A stretch of 63,780 bases of DNA, filler included, from Caldilineae bacterium (GCA_037446815.1; 7 parts of 7 records of this genome joined end to end with filler, not necessarily neighbours in it); one strand, 5' to 3'; positions 11,242-19,518 are shown, numbered from the whole stretch's first letter. Notes: generated by a model from the letters alone, not told the origin. Numbers and translations are program-made.

Positions 11242-11270
11242 TCAGACGCCTGCCGGTGGGCATTTGTTCC
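11242..11270 (-). promoter_or_regulatory. Putative ECF-sigma promoter
   Basis: GGAAC-N17-CGTCTGA on minus strand upstream of the DUF4139 gene. Confidence 0.45.
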
Positions 11271-11392
11271 GTGCAAGCGCCGCGCGGCCTCCGCGCCGCC
11301 CGACCCCATCGCGCGCCCGTTGCGCAGGGGGCGAGAGTTGCAACGCCCAACTTCGCCGCGACGCTTGACCGCGCGTCCGGAGGACGGCCGCT

Positions 11393-11515
11393 CTGTCATG
11401 CTGAGCCGAAGGCGATACGCCCTCGCCCTTCGGGAGAGGGCTGGGGTGAGGGGCGAGATTCTTCGCTCTCCGCCGCTCAGAATGACAGTTCATGCGAACA
11501 AACTTGGGGACATCC
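11393..11515. repeat. Degenerate composite repeat: CGTC-type hairpin with an embedded CCCTC/GAGGG module and an eroded MITE end
   Basis: CTGTCATGCTGAGC...GCTCAGAATGACAG enclosing CCCTCGCCCTTCGGGAGAGGGCTGGGGTGAGGG (also at 53646-53678). Confidence 0.7.
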
Positions 11516-11528
11516 CATCGCGCCCGAC

Positions 11529-11556
11529 TTGACAAAGCGGCGCCAGGGTGTATGCT
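11529..11556 (+). promoter_or_regulatory. sigma70 promoter, probably giving a leaderless arsR mRNA
   Basis: TTGACA-N16-TATGCT; ATG 11564 lies 7 nt after the -10 with no RBS. Confidence 0.55.
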
Positions 11557-11563
11557 AATGTGC

Positions 11564-11941
11564 ATGAACGAAGACAAGCACACAGACGGATACGCCGCTA
11601 TGGCGAAACTGCACAAGGCGTTGTCTCACCCGGCGCGACTGCGGATCCTGGAGATGCTGGGGCAGTGCGGCGAAGCGTGCGTGTGCCACCTGACCGCGGC
11701 CCTGGGCCAGCGCCAACCCTACGTCTCGCAACAACTGGCCATCCTGCGCGAGGCCAACCTCATCGCCGAGCGCCGCGAGGGTACGCTCGTGTACTACCGG
11801 CTGACCGACGAGCACGTGCCAGACGTTATCGCCGCGAGCCGCAAATGGGTGGCCGGCAGGCAGGGTGAGTCGGGGCAATTCCCCACGGTGCCGGAGGGGC
11901 CCCTCCCGGGATGTTCCTGCCCCGCGTGCACCCGAGAGTAA
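11564..11941 (+). CDS. ArsR/SmtB-family transcriptional regulator
   Basis: KALSHPARLRIL, EACVCHL, SQQLAILR, VYYRL; C-terminal CSCPAC metal-binding tail. Confidence 0.92.
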   Translation: MNEDKHTDGYAAMAKLHKALSHPARLRILEMLGQCGEACVCHLTAALGQRQPYVSQQLAILREANLIAERREGTLVYYRLTDEHVPDVIAASRKWVAGRQGESGQFPTVPEGPLPGCSCPACTRE

Positions 11942-11965
11942 TCCTCTTCCGCCGTCCCTCTCCGA

Positions 11966-12012
11966 CATTCAGAATAATGCATATTTGACAATCGGGTCTT
12001 GCCAGGTATACT
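11966..12012 (+). promoter_or_regulatory. sigma70 promoter with possible ArsR operator
   Basis: TTGACA(11985)-N16-TATACT(12007); AT-rich imperfect dyad ATTCA-N6-TGCAT immediately upstream. Confidence 0.55.
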
Positions 12013-12084
12013 TGCGTGTGGGAAGACCGCCGGCACATCAGCCTTTCTGAGCCACACCGACGCACTGCGAAGGGAGGACGCACA

Positions 12085-12612
12085 ATGTTGTGCAAGGAAT
12101 ACGAATTGGAGGTCATCTCGCCACCCTGCGACCCGGGTTCGGAGCGCTGGAGCGCCTTCGCGCGGCTGCGCGAGGATATCAGCGACGTCATGCCCTATCT
12201 CAACACCGTCTGGAAGAACGCCATCTACGACCACGAGAACCACATCCTGACCGTGGTGCGCGGAGGCCGGCGCTACACCCTTCGCTCCCATGAGATCGCC
12301 ATCAGCAATCTGGAGGACCGCCAGGAGGCCCAGCGCATCGCCGAGCGCATCCTGGACGAGGTCAACCGAGTCTGGGACCGGCGGCGCGAGATCGTGCCCT
12401 CCTACGAGAAGCGGCATCAGCCCACCGTGATGGAAATCTACAAACTCCTGCCGGGCGGCAACTGCAAGCAGTGCGGCGACCCCACGTGTTTCGTATTCGC
12501 GAGCAAATTGGTGGCGGGCACGACAGACCTGACACGGTGCGTCCGCCTCTACGAAGCGGAATTCGCCGACAGGAGAGCGCGCCTGGAGGAAATCCTGGGC
12601 CTGGGCGAATGA
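12085..12612 (+). CDS. (Fe-S)-binding protein (COG4871-like, C-terminal FeS domain)
   Basis: LLPGGNCKQCGDPTCFVFA...C motif; GGAGG RBS. Confidence 0.85.
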   Translation: MLCKEYELEVISPPCDPGSERWSAFARLREDISDVMPYLNTVWKNAIYDHENHILTVVRGGRRYTLRSHEIAISNLEDRQEAQRIAERILDEVNRVWDRRREIVPSYEKRHQPTVMEIYKLLPGGNCKQCGDPTCFVFASKLVAGTTDLTRCVRLYEAEFADRRARLEEILGLGE

Positions 12613-12636
12613 GTCGCGCGATGCAGGAGGTAGGCG

Positions 12637-13530
12637 GTGTTTGAACGGGTGCTATTCCCCACAGACTTCTCCGCCTACGCAAACGCGGTGTTCGCGTGCC
12701 TGCCCGACCTGAAATCGGCGGGCATGCGCCATGTGCACTTGCTCGCCGTCATCGCCACGTCCCAGGTGCCGCTGGGCCACACGGCTTGGAACGAGGACTC
12801 GCTGGCCCGCGTCAAGTGGAGCATGGAGGAGCACCTGCACATCGCGTCCATGGCGCTGGAGGGGCAGGGCTTTTCCACCAGCACCGAGGTCGTGTACGGC
12901 AACCCCGCGCGGGAAATCGTGCGCGTTGCGCAAGAAGAACGGGTAGATATGATCGTCATGGGCGCGCAGGGCCAGAGCGCGTTCCAGGAAATCCTCCTGG
13001 GCAACACCGCCTTTGATGTCCTGCGCATGTCGCCCGTGCCTGTGCTTATTGAGAAGTTTGAGGTTGTGCGGGAACTGGGAAAGGTGGAGTGCCGGCGCGT
13101 GTGCGGCGCGACGTTTCAGCGGGTGCTCCACCCCACAGACTTCTCAGAGTGCGCGCGTGCTGCTTTCAACATCGTCAAGCGGCTCAAGGGCGCGGGAACC
13201 GAAGAGGTGCTCCTGGCGCATGTGCAGGACGAGCGCGTCATGCGCCGGCGCAGCCCTGAGCAACTGGAGGAGTTTGACCGCGAAGACGTGGCCCGCCTGG
13301 AGCGCATGGCCCGCGACCTGGCGCTCTACCGCCTGCCCGCCAAGGTCATCCTCAGGCACGGCCTGCCCCATGTGGAGACGCTTAAGGTGGCCGACGAAGA
13401 GGACGCCTCGCTCATCGTCTTGAGCGTATGCGGGCGCAACGTGATGAACGAAATCCTGGTGGGAAGCACGTTTGAGAAGATCGTGCGCACCAGCCGCAGG
13501 CCCGTATTGGCCGTCCATTGTGAGAGGTAA
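12637..13530 (+). CDS. Tandem-domain universal stress protein
   Basis: Two USP domains (FERVLFPTDFS...GAQG...LLGN; RVLHPTDFS...LVGS). Confidence 0.92.
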   Translation: MFERVLFPTDFSAYANAVFACLPDLKSAGMRHVHLLAVIATSQVPLGHTAWNEDSLARVKWSMEEHLHIASMALEGQGFSTSTEVVYGNPAREIVRVAQEERVDMIVMGAQGQSAFQEILLGNTAFDVLRMSPVPVLIEKFEVVRELGKVECRRVCGATFQRVLHPTDFSECARAAFNIVKRLKGAGTEEVLLAHVQDERVMRRRSPEQLEEFDREDVARLERMARDLALYRLPAKVILRHGLPHVETLKVADEEDASLIVLSVCGRNVMNEILVGSTFEKIVRTSRRPVLAVHCER

Positions 13531-13531
13531 A

Positions 13532-13987
13532 ATGGCAGACACGCAGCACCGCAAACGGGTACTGGTCATCTGCACCGGCAACTCGGCTCGGTCGCAGATG
13601 GCCGAAGCGCTGCTGCGACACCTGGGCGGGGATCGCCTGGAGGTCTTCAGCGCCGGTTCCGCCCCCGCGCCTGCCGTACACCCCCTCGCCGTGCGCGCCA
13701 TGGCCGAGATGGGCCTGGACATCTCCGCCCACCGCCCGAAACCGCTGGCCGACTTCCTCGGCCAACCCTTTGACTATGTCATCGCCGTCTGCAGCAAAGC
13801 GGCCGAGGCGTGCCCCTTCTTCCCAGGCCCGGCCGAGCGCATTCACTGGTTCTACGATGACCCCGCGGCCGTGGAGGGCAGCGAAGCCGAGCGCATGGCC
13901 GCCTTCCGCGCCGTCCGCGACGACCTGAAGGTTCGCATCGCCGAATGGCTGACATCCCTGCCGAGGCGAGCCGATGCCCCCCTATGA
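13532..13987 (+). CDS. arsC: Thioredoxin-coupled arsenate reductase (LMW-PTP fold)
   Basis: CTGNSARSQMAE P-loop, resolving pair VCSKAAEACP, DDPA. Confidence 0.88.
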   Translation: MADTQHRKRVLVICTGNSARSQMAEALLRHLGGDRLEVFSAGSAPAPAVHPLAVRAMAEMGLDISAHRPKPLADFLGQPFDYVIAVCSKAAEACPFFPGPAERIHWFYDDPAAVEGSEAERMAAFRAVRDDLKVRIAEWLTSLPRRADAPL

Positions 13988-14033
13988 CAGCACCCGTGCG
14001 CCCAGCCTCAAACCTCATGAGAACGGAGAAGCC

Positions 14034-15944
14034 ATGACACAACCCAAACCCATTGCCCGCCTGCTCACCCTGATTGCCATCCTGGCCCTGGCCCTAGTGC
14101 CGACGCTGGCGCACGCCCAGCAGCCGGTCGTTCGCGCCGTGCTGTTCTACTCGGACACGTGCCCCATCTGCCACACCGTTCTGGAGCAGGTTCTGCCGCC
14201 CCTCCAGGCGCAGTACGGCAGCCAACTGGAAATCGCCAAGGTGGAGATTACGCCCCCCGCCAACTACGAACTCCTCCTGCGCATGGAGCAGACGCACGGC
14301 GTCCCGCCGGAGAAAGGCGTTGTGCCCGAACTGTTCATCGGCGACCGCGTGCTTTTCGGAGCCGATGAGATTCGCGACAACCTGCCGTCGCTCATCCAAT
14401 CCTACGCGGCGCAGGGCGGCGTGGACTGGCCCGCGGGCTACGGCGAGCAGACGGGGCCTATCACATGGCCCCCCACCGGCGCCCGGCCCACGCCCAAAGC
14501 GTGCCACATCTGCGACGAGGGCGACCCCGTCGTGAAGATGTACTTCTTCTGGAGCAGCCTCTGCCCCGAATGCCACCGCGTGCAGGATGAGGTGCTCAAG
14601 CCCTTGCAGCAGCGGTACGACCGCCAGTTGGTGGTGGACGCGCGCGACGTAGAGAAGTCTCCCGCCGACTACGACCTGCTGACGGCGCTGGAGCGGCAGT
14701 TCGGCACCGGCGAAGGCGCGTTCCCCGTCATCTTCATCGGCGACCACGTGCTGCACGGCGAGCAGGCCGCCCGCGAGCAATTGGCCGCGCTGGTGGAGTA
14801 CTACATGAACGAGGGCGGCGTGGACTTCCCGAAACTCACCGGCCCCGCCGCCCCATCCGGCAATCCGACCGCCGGGCAGCCTGCCATCCATCTGGCCTAC
14901 TTCTTCCAGGTCGGCTGCCACGAATGCGACCGCGCCCAATATGACCTCAAGTACCTGCAGAGCAAGTATCCGCAGTTGCAGATTCACGAGTACGACATCC
15001 GTGAGCACGCCGCCCTGGCCGAGTGGCTGGGCGAACGCAACCGCGTGCCCCTGAACAAGCGCCTCACCGCTCCCGCCGCCTTCGTCGGCTCCGATTTCCT
15101 GCTGGGCGACGGCATCAACGTGCAGGCGCTAGAGGCCATCTTGCAGAAGTACGTCGCGACGGGCAGCGAAGCCTACTGGCAGGAACAGGAGGACGCCGCC
15201 CAGGCCGGCGAGAGCATCCTGAGCCGCTTCCGCTCGTTCGGCGCGCTCACGGTTGTGGCCGCCGGCCTGGTGGACGGACTGAACCCCTGCGCCTTCGCCA
15301 CCATCGTCTTCTTCATCTCCTACCTGGCCTTCACCGGACGCAAAGGCCGCGACATCCTGCTGGTGGGCGGCATGTTCGCGCTGGGCGTGTTCCTGGCATA
15401 CCTGGGCGTTGGCGTGGGCCTACTCAAGTTCCTGGCAAGCCTGCCGTTCCTGCCGGCCATCAGCCGCTACCTGTACGGCTTCACGGCGGCCCTGTGCCTG
15501 CTGCTCGCTGTGGGCAGCCTCTACGATTGGTACCAGGCGCGGCGTGGGCGACCGGAGGCGATGAAACTCAAACTGCCCACGCGGATGCGCCGCTGGGTCA
15601 ACCGCGTCATCCGCGAGGGAGCCAGCGCGCGGGCCATCGCGGGCGTCGCATTCATCACCGGCGCGGTTGTGTCCCTGATAGAGTTGGCGTGCACCGGCCA
15701 GGTGTATCTGCCCACCATCCTGTTCGTGCTCGGCGTGCCGGCCCTGCGGGTGCGCGCGCTGACCTATCTCGTCGTGTACAACCTGGCGTTCGTCCTGCCC
15801 CTCATCATCGTGTTCCTCACGGCCTACTGGGGCACGACATCGGAGCGCCTGGGGCAGTTCATCAGCCGCCGCGCCGGCGCCATCAAACTGGCCACGGCGG
15901 GGCTATTCGCCCTGCTCGCCGCCTGGATGATCACGTTCCTGTAG
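14034..15944 (+). CDS. Secreted triple thioredoxin/glutaredoxin-like domains fused to a CcdA/DsbD-like membrane domain
   Basis: Signal peptide; FYSDTCPIC, FWSSLCPEC and FFQVGCHEC plus a linker CHIC; TM domain with GLVDGLNPCAF and ELACTGQVY cysteines. Confidence 0.85.
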   Translation: MTQPKPIARLLTLIAILALALVPTLAHAQQPVVRAVLFYSDTCPICHTVLEQVLPPLQAQYGSQLEIAKVEITPPANYELLLRMEQTHGVPPEKGVVPELFIGDRVLFGADEIRDNLPSLIQSYAAQGGVDWPAGYGEQTGPITWPPTGARPTPKACHICDEGDPVVKMYFFWSSLCPECHRVQDEVLKPLQQRYDRQLVVDARDVEKSPADYDLLTALERQFGTGEGAFPVIFIGDHVLHGEQAAREQLAALVEYYMNEGGVDFPKLTGPAAPSGNPTAGQPAIHLAYFFQVGCHECDRAQYDLKYLQSKYPQLQIHEYDIREHAALAEWLGERNRVPLNKRLTAPAAFVGSDFLLGDGINVQALEAILQKYVATGSEAYWQEQEDAAQAGESILSRFRSFGALTVVAAGLVDGLNPCAFATIVFFISYLAFTGRKGRDILLVGGMFALGVFLAYLGVGVGLLKFLASLPFLPAISRYLYGFTAALCLLLAVGSLYDWYQARRGRPEAMKLKLPTRMRRWVNRVIREGASARAIAGVAFITGAVVSLIELACTGQVYLPTILFVLGVPALRVRALTYLVVYNLAFVLPLIIVFLTAYWGTTSERLGQFISRRAGAIKLATAGLFALLAAWMITFL

Positions 15945-16129
15945 CAGGCATGGGGACGCGGATGGGCCTCGCCCCTCCTGCAGGGACACCGCGGCGACTC
16001 CCCTGCTGAGGCGCGAAGGATCTCCTTCCCCAATCGTGTAGATTCGTGTTATCCGTGGATACACTCCAGCGCACGCCTCGCCTGCGGCCTTCGGCTGCCC
16101 CAATGACAGAAGCAGGGCGGCATGACAAT

Positions 16130-16487
16130 GATTCGGTTCCAAACTGTGTTGGTGAACCGTAGGCGCACTCTCTTCGCGTGTCATTGCGAGCGAAGCGAAG
16201 CCATCCCACGCTGCGGCGATTGCTTCGGGCGTTCCGCGCCCTCGCAATGACGGCCACCCGCAGACACTGGAACCGAATGCGGGGCGCCATCGCGTAGGGG
16301 CGACCGATCGGTCGCCCCTACTCTCCCCAATCCCCGCAATCCGTGCCATCCGTGGATGCACCCCAACCCTGTTCGCGTGGATTCGCGTTATTGACGGTTG
16401 CACTCCTCCGAAGTTGCCTCGTGTCGTGCGGCATTGTGCGCGACGCCAAGCCGCGTGAACTGCACCAACACTTTTTGGAACCGAATG
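16130..16487. mobile_element. Long-form MITE (358 bp) with 8-bp target-site duplication
   Basis: Termini GATTCGGTTCCAAACTGTGTTGG / CCAACACTTTTTGGAACCGAATG; ATGACAAT at 16122-16129 and 16488-16495; ~200 bp of interior near-identical to 46546-46902. Confidence 0.85.
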
Positions 16488-16636
16488 ATGACAATCGCGA
16501 TTTTGGTACAAGCGCGCATTCCGTAGTATTATCAATCGCACCAATCGGAGCCGACCGATGCGCAGGTGGGGTGGGAGTCGCCCGCGTGTATTGGCCCAGA
16601 TTCAACTCCCATGTGCGCCCGAGAGTGAGGTGAAGC

Positions 16637-17713
16637 GTGGCGAAGAAACGGAAGAAGAAGCAGACCCCAGGGCAGGCCCCGCGCCCGGCAGAGGCGACGA
16701 CCCAGAAGGGCGAAACGAAGCCAAAGCCCAAGAAGAAGGCAGCCCCCAGCGCGGGCATCAAACGCTGGATCGCGCCTGTGGTGCTGGCGCTCGTCGTGGT
16801 GGCGGCCCTCATCACCGCGCAGGCGCTCATCCGCCGCAACGCCGCGCGTCCCACCGGCCCCTGGACCCTGACCATCCTGCACACCACCGATGTGGAGGGC
16901 TACGTAGACCCCTGCGGCTGACGGCCCCCCAAGGGGGGTGTGGCCCGTCGGGCCACCGCCATCAAGGACTACCGCGCCAAGACGCCCTATCTCCTCGTCC
17001 TGGACGCGGGCGACGCGCTCTTCGGCCAGCCGGTCTCCGACATCAGCCAGGGCAAGGCGCTCACCGAGGCGATGAACCTGATGAAGTACGACGCCATGGC
17101 CATCGGCGAGCGGGATTTGGCCCACTTTCCGGAGTTGCTGGATCGTTCCCGCGAGGCCAAGTTTGCCTTCCTGTCGGCCAACCTGGTGTACGCCAGCACG
17201 GGCAAGCCAGTCTTCACGCCCTACGTCGTGCAGAACGTGGGCGGGCGCAAGGTTGCCATCATCGGCCTGACACCGGCCGACGACACGTTCAAATCCTTCG
17301 TCCCATCGTCCGCCGACATCACGGCGAAAGATCCCGTGGAGACCGCCCGTGAGTACGTCGCCAAGGCCCGCGCCGAGAAGGTGGACGCCGTCGTCATCCT
17401 GTCGCACCTGGGCAACGTCATGGATCGCAAGATCGCAACCGAGGTGAACGGCATCACGGCCATCGTGGGCGGGCACTCCTACGACCTGCTCCAAGAGACG
17501 CTGCAACTGAACAACACGGTCATCGGGCAGGCAGGGTACGGCGGCGAATGGCTGGGCGAGATCACCGTGGACTTTGACGGCGAGGGCAACGTGGTCTCGG
17601 CCAAAGCCGGCGTCATCCCGCTCTCTGCCGACTATGCCGACGATCCCGAACTGGCCGCGTTGGCCGCCCGCTACAACGCCGCCCTGCCCCCGACGCCAAC
17701 GCTCCAGCCCTAG
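16637..17713 (+). CDS. UshA-like (metallophosphoesterase-fold) selenoprotein, Sec at codon 95 (TGA 16919-16921), 358 aa
   Basis: ORFs 16637-16921 and 16940-17713 are in one frame, separated only by TGA in LTILHTTDVEGYVDPCG-U-RPPKGGVARRAT; DAGD, FLSANL, LSHLG and GGHS motifs continue the same fold; hairpin after TGA; yqeB next. Confidence 0.88.
16922..16960 (+). promoter_or_regulatory. Candidate bacterial SECIS element
   Basis: GGT-GTGGCCC-GTC-GGGCCAC-C-GCC stem-loop; the G-starting apical loop begins 25 nt after UGA. Confidence 0.7.
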
Positions 17714-17732
17714 CGGGCAAGGAGGCTTTGCC

Positions 17733-18542
17733 GTGGCCGTGTTGGGCAGAATCATCACCGTCGTGGTGAAGGGAGGCGGGGATTTGGCGTCCGGCGTCGC
17801 CTGGCGTCTGTGGAACTGCGGGTTCCACGTTGTCGTTACCGAAATCCCCGCCCCCACCGTCATTCGCCGCAAGGTTGCCTTCGCCGCGGCCGTATGGGAG
17901 GGCGAGACGGTGGTAGATGGCGTGCGCGCCCGTAGAGTAGAAGGCGCAGAGGGCGTTCGGGCCGCCTGGGATGAGGGCGTTCTGCCCGTCATCGTGGACC
18001 CCGAAGCCACCATTATCCGTGCGCTGAAGCCCGACGTAGTGGTAGACGCCATCCTGGCCAAGCGCAACCTGGGCACGCGCATCACCGATGCTCCCCTCGT
18101 CATCGGGCTTGGGCCGGGGTTTACCGCCGGAGAGGATGTGCACGCGGTGATAGAGACCATGCGCGGCCATACCCTGGGGCGCGTGATTTGGCGCGGCCAG
18201 GCGCTGCCCAACACGGGCGTCCCGGGCGAAGTGGGCGGATATGCCGAGCAGCGCGTGGTGCGCGCCCCGTGCGCGGGGACGTTCCGGGCCGTCCGCGATA
18301 TCGGCGACATGGTGAACGAGGGCGACGTGGTTGCCTACGTGGACGCCGAGCCGGTGCGCGTGCGGCTGAAGGGCGTCCTGCGCGGGCTGCTCCGCGATGG
18401 GATGGCCGTGCACCCCAACATGAAGGTTGGCGACGTGGACCCCCGCGCCGCCCGCGAGCACTGCTTCACCATCTCGGACAAGGCGCTGGCCATCGCTGGC
18501 GGCGTGCTGGAAGCCATTCTCCACGCCCTGCGCGAGGGCTGA
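17733..18542 (+). CDS. yqeB: Selenium-dependent molybdenum hydroxylase system protein YqeB
   Basis: KGGGDLASGVA, PTVIRRKVAF, VVDAILAKRNLGT, IETMRGHTLG, KVGDVDPR, ISDKALAIAGGVLEA; AAGGAGG RBS. Confidence 0.93.
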   Translation: MAVLGRIITVVVKGGGDLASGVAWRLWNCGFHVVVTEIPAPTVIRRKVAFAAAVWEGETVVDGVRARRVEGAEGVRAAWDEGVLPVIVDPEATIIRALKPDVVVDAILAKRNLGTRITDAPLVIGLGPGFTAGEDVHAVIETMRGHTLGRVIWRGQALPNTGVPGEVGGYAEQRVVRAPCAGTFRAVRDIGDMVNEGDVVAYVDAEPVRVRLKGVLRGLLRDGMAVHPNMKVGDVDPRAAREHCFTISDKALAIAGGVLEAILHALREG

Positions 18543-18628
18543 CATCCCCCGTCCCTGGCGGCGCAGCGAAGGAATCCCCAGGGGGTGTATTCACGGATGA
18601 CACGGATGGCGCGGGATTGCGCATGTAG

Positions 18629-18728
18629 NNNNNNNNNNNNNNNNNNNNNNNNNNNNNNNNNNNNNNNNNNNNTTAATTAATTAANNNNNNNNNNNNNNNN
18701 NNNNNNNNNNNNNNNNNNNNNNNNNNNN
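18629..18728. other. Artificial contig linker
   Basis: N-run with TTAATTAATTAA. Confidence 0.97.
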
Positions 18729-18823
18729 TCGTGCCCGTGGCGTTGGAAGTGGGGTCGCGGTTTGCGATCCGCGAAGGCGGGCGGACGGTCGGCGCAGGCG
18801 TCATCACCGAGATCGTGGAGTAG
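18729..18823 (+). CDS. tuf: Elongation factor Tu, C-terminal fragment
   Basis: [34 protein letters not shown]. Confidence 0.95.
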
Positions 18824-18869
18824 CCTACACGGAGAGGGGGAAGGAAGCCGAGGCTTCCGGATTTGAGAT

Positions 18870-19037
18870 ATGGCGAAGAAAAAGGACATCCGAGCAGTCA
18901 TCACGCTGGCTTGCACCGAGTGCAAGGAGCGCAACTATACGACGCAGAAGAACCGTCGCAATGACGCGGGCCGGCTGGAGTTGAAAAAGTACTGCAGCCG
19001 CTGCCAGAAGCACACCTTGCACCGGGAGACGAAGTAG
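18870..19037 (+). CDS. rpmG: 50S ribosomal protein L33 (zinc-binding form)
   Basis: [55 protein letters not shown]; too short for the ORF track. Confidence 0.96.
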   Translation: MAKKKDIRAVITLACTECKERNYTTQKNRRNDAGRLELKKYCSRCQKHTLHRETK

Positions 19038-19076
19038 GAGCACGCCCGGCAGGCCCGAAAGGGCTTGCCTGTGCAC

Positions 19077-19150
19077 AGGCCAGTAGCTCAACTTGGCAGA
19101 GCATCGCTCTCCAAAAGCGAGGGTTGCGGGTTCAAGTCCTGCCTGGCCTG
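19077..19150 (+). tRNA. tRNA-Trp (CCA)
   Basis: Acceptor AGGCCAG/CTGGCCT, anticodon arm TCGCT-CTCCAAA-AGCGA, T-loop GGTTCAAGTCC; usual position between rpmG and secE; 3' CCA not encoded. Confidence 0.96.
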
Positions 19151-19257
19151 CCTCTGGTGGAGAAGACACCGCCGCACGAGGCCTGCAGTCCGAATGTGCG
19201 CGGTGTCTTGAAATGTTTGCATCCGAACTTATCACGAGTGCTTGCCGAGGGTGAAGA

Positions 19258-19467
19258 GTGGCGAAGACGTCAGCACCGAAAAAAGAGAACCGTATAGTCC
19301 GCTACCTGCGGGAGACGCGGGCCGAATTGGCCAAGGTTACCTGGCCCACACGTGAGGAGGCATTGCGCCTCACCGGCATCGTCCTGGCGGCGACGGTGGG
19401 GTTTGCCCTGTTCCTGGGGGTTGTGGACTACATTCTCTCCAAGTTGTTCGCGTTGCTGGTAAAGTAG
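19258..19467 (+). CDS. secE: Preprotein translocase subunit SecE
   Basis: ETRAELAKVTWPTREE plus one TM helix. Confidence 0.95.
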   Translation: MAKTSAPKKENRIVRYLRETRAELAKVTWPTREEALRLTGIVLAATVGFALFLGVVDYILSKLFALLVK

Positions 19468-19518
19468 CGGATTCGGAGCGACTCGCCCAGGCGTAGATTC
19501 AGAGCGTTCAGGAAGTTG

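Noticed and set aside
12610..12640. TGA of the Fe-S gene is in frame with the downstream USP gene (possible second Sec read-through)
   Set aside because: An in-frame TAG at 12631-12633 intervenes, there is no Cys-type context, and USP has its own RBS
14150..14580. CPICH and CPECH resemble c-type heme CxxCH motifs
   Set aside because: They sit in F[YW]SxxCxxC thioredoxin-fold contexts and the third domain has CHECD; dithiol sites are more parsimonious
16130..16487. Near-identical small ORFs at 16181-16366 and 46596-46781 as a duplicated small-protein gene
   Set aside because: They are translations of the duplicated MITE interior, with no RBS or coding signature
19148..19153. tRNA-Trp lacks encoded CCA (ends GCCT)
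   Set aside because: Common in many bacteria; CCA is added post-transcriptionally
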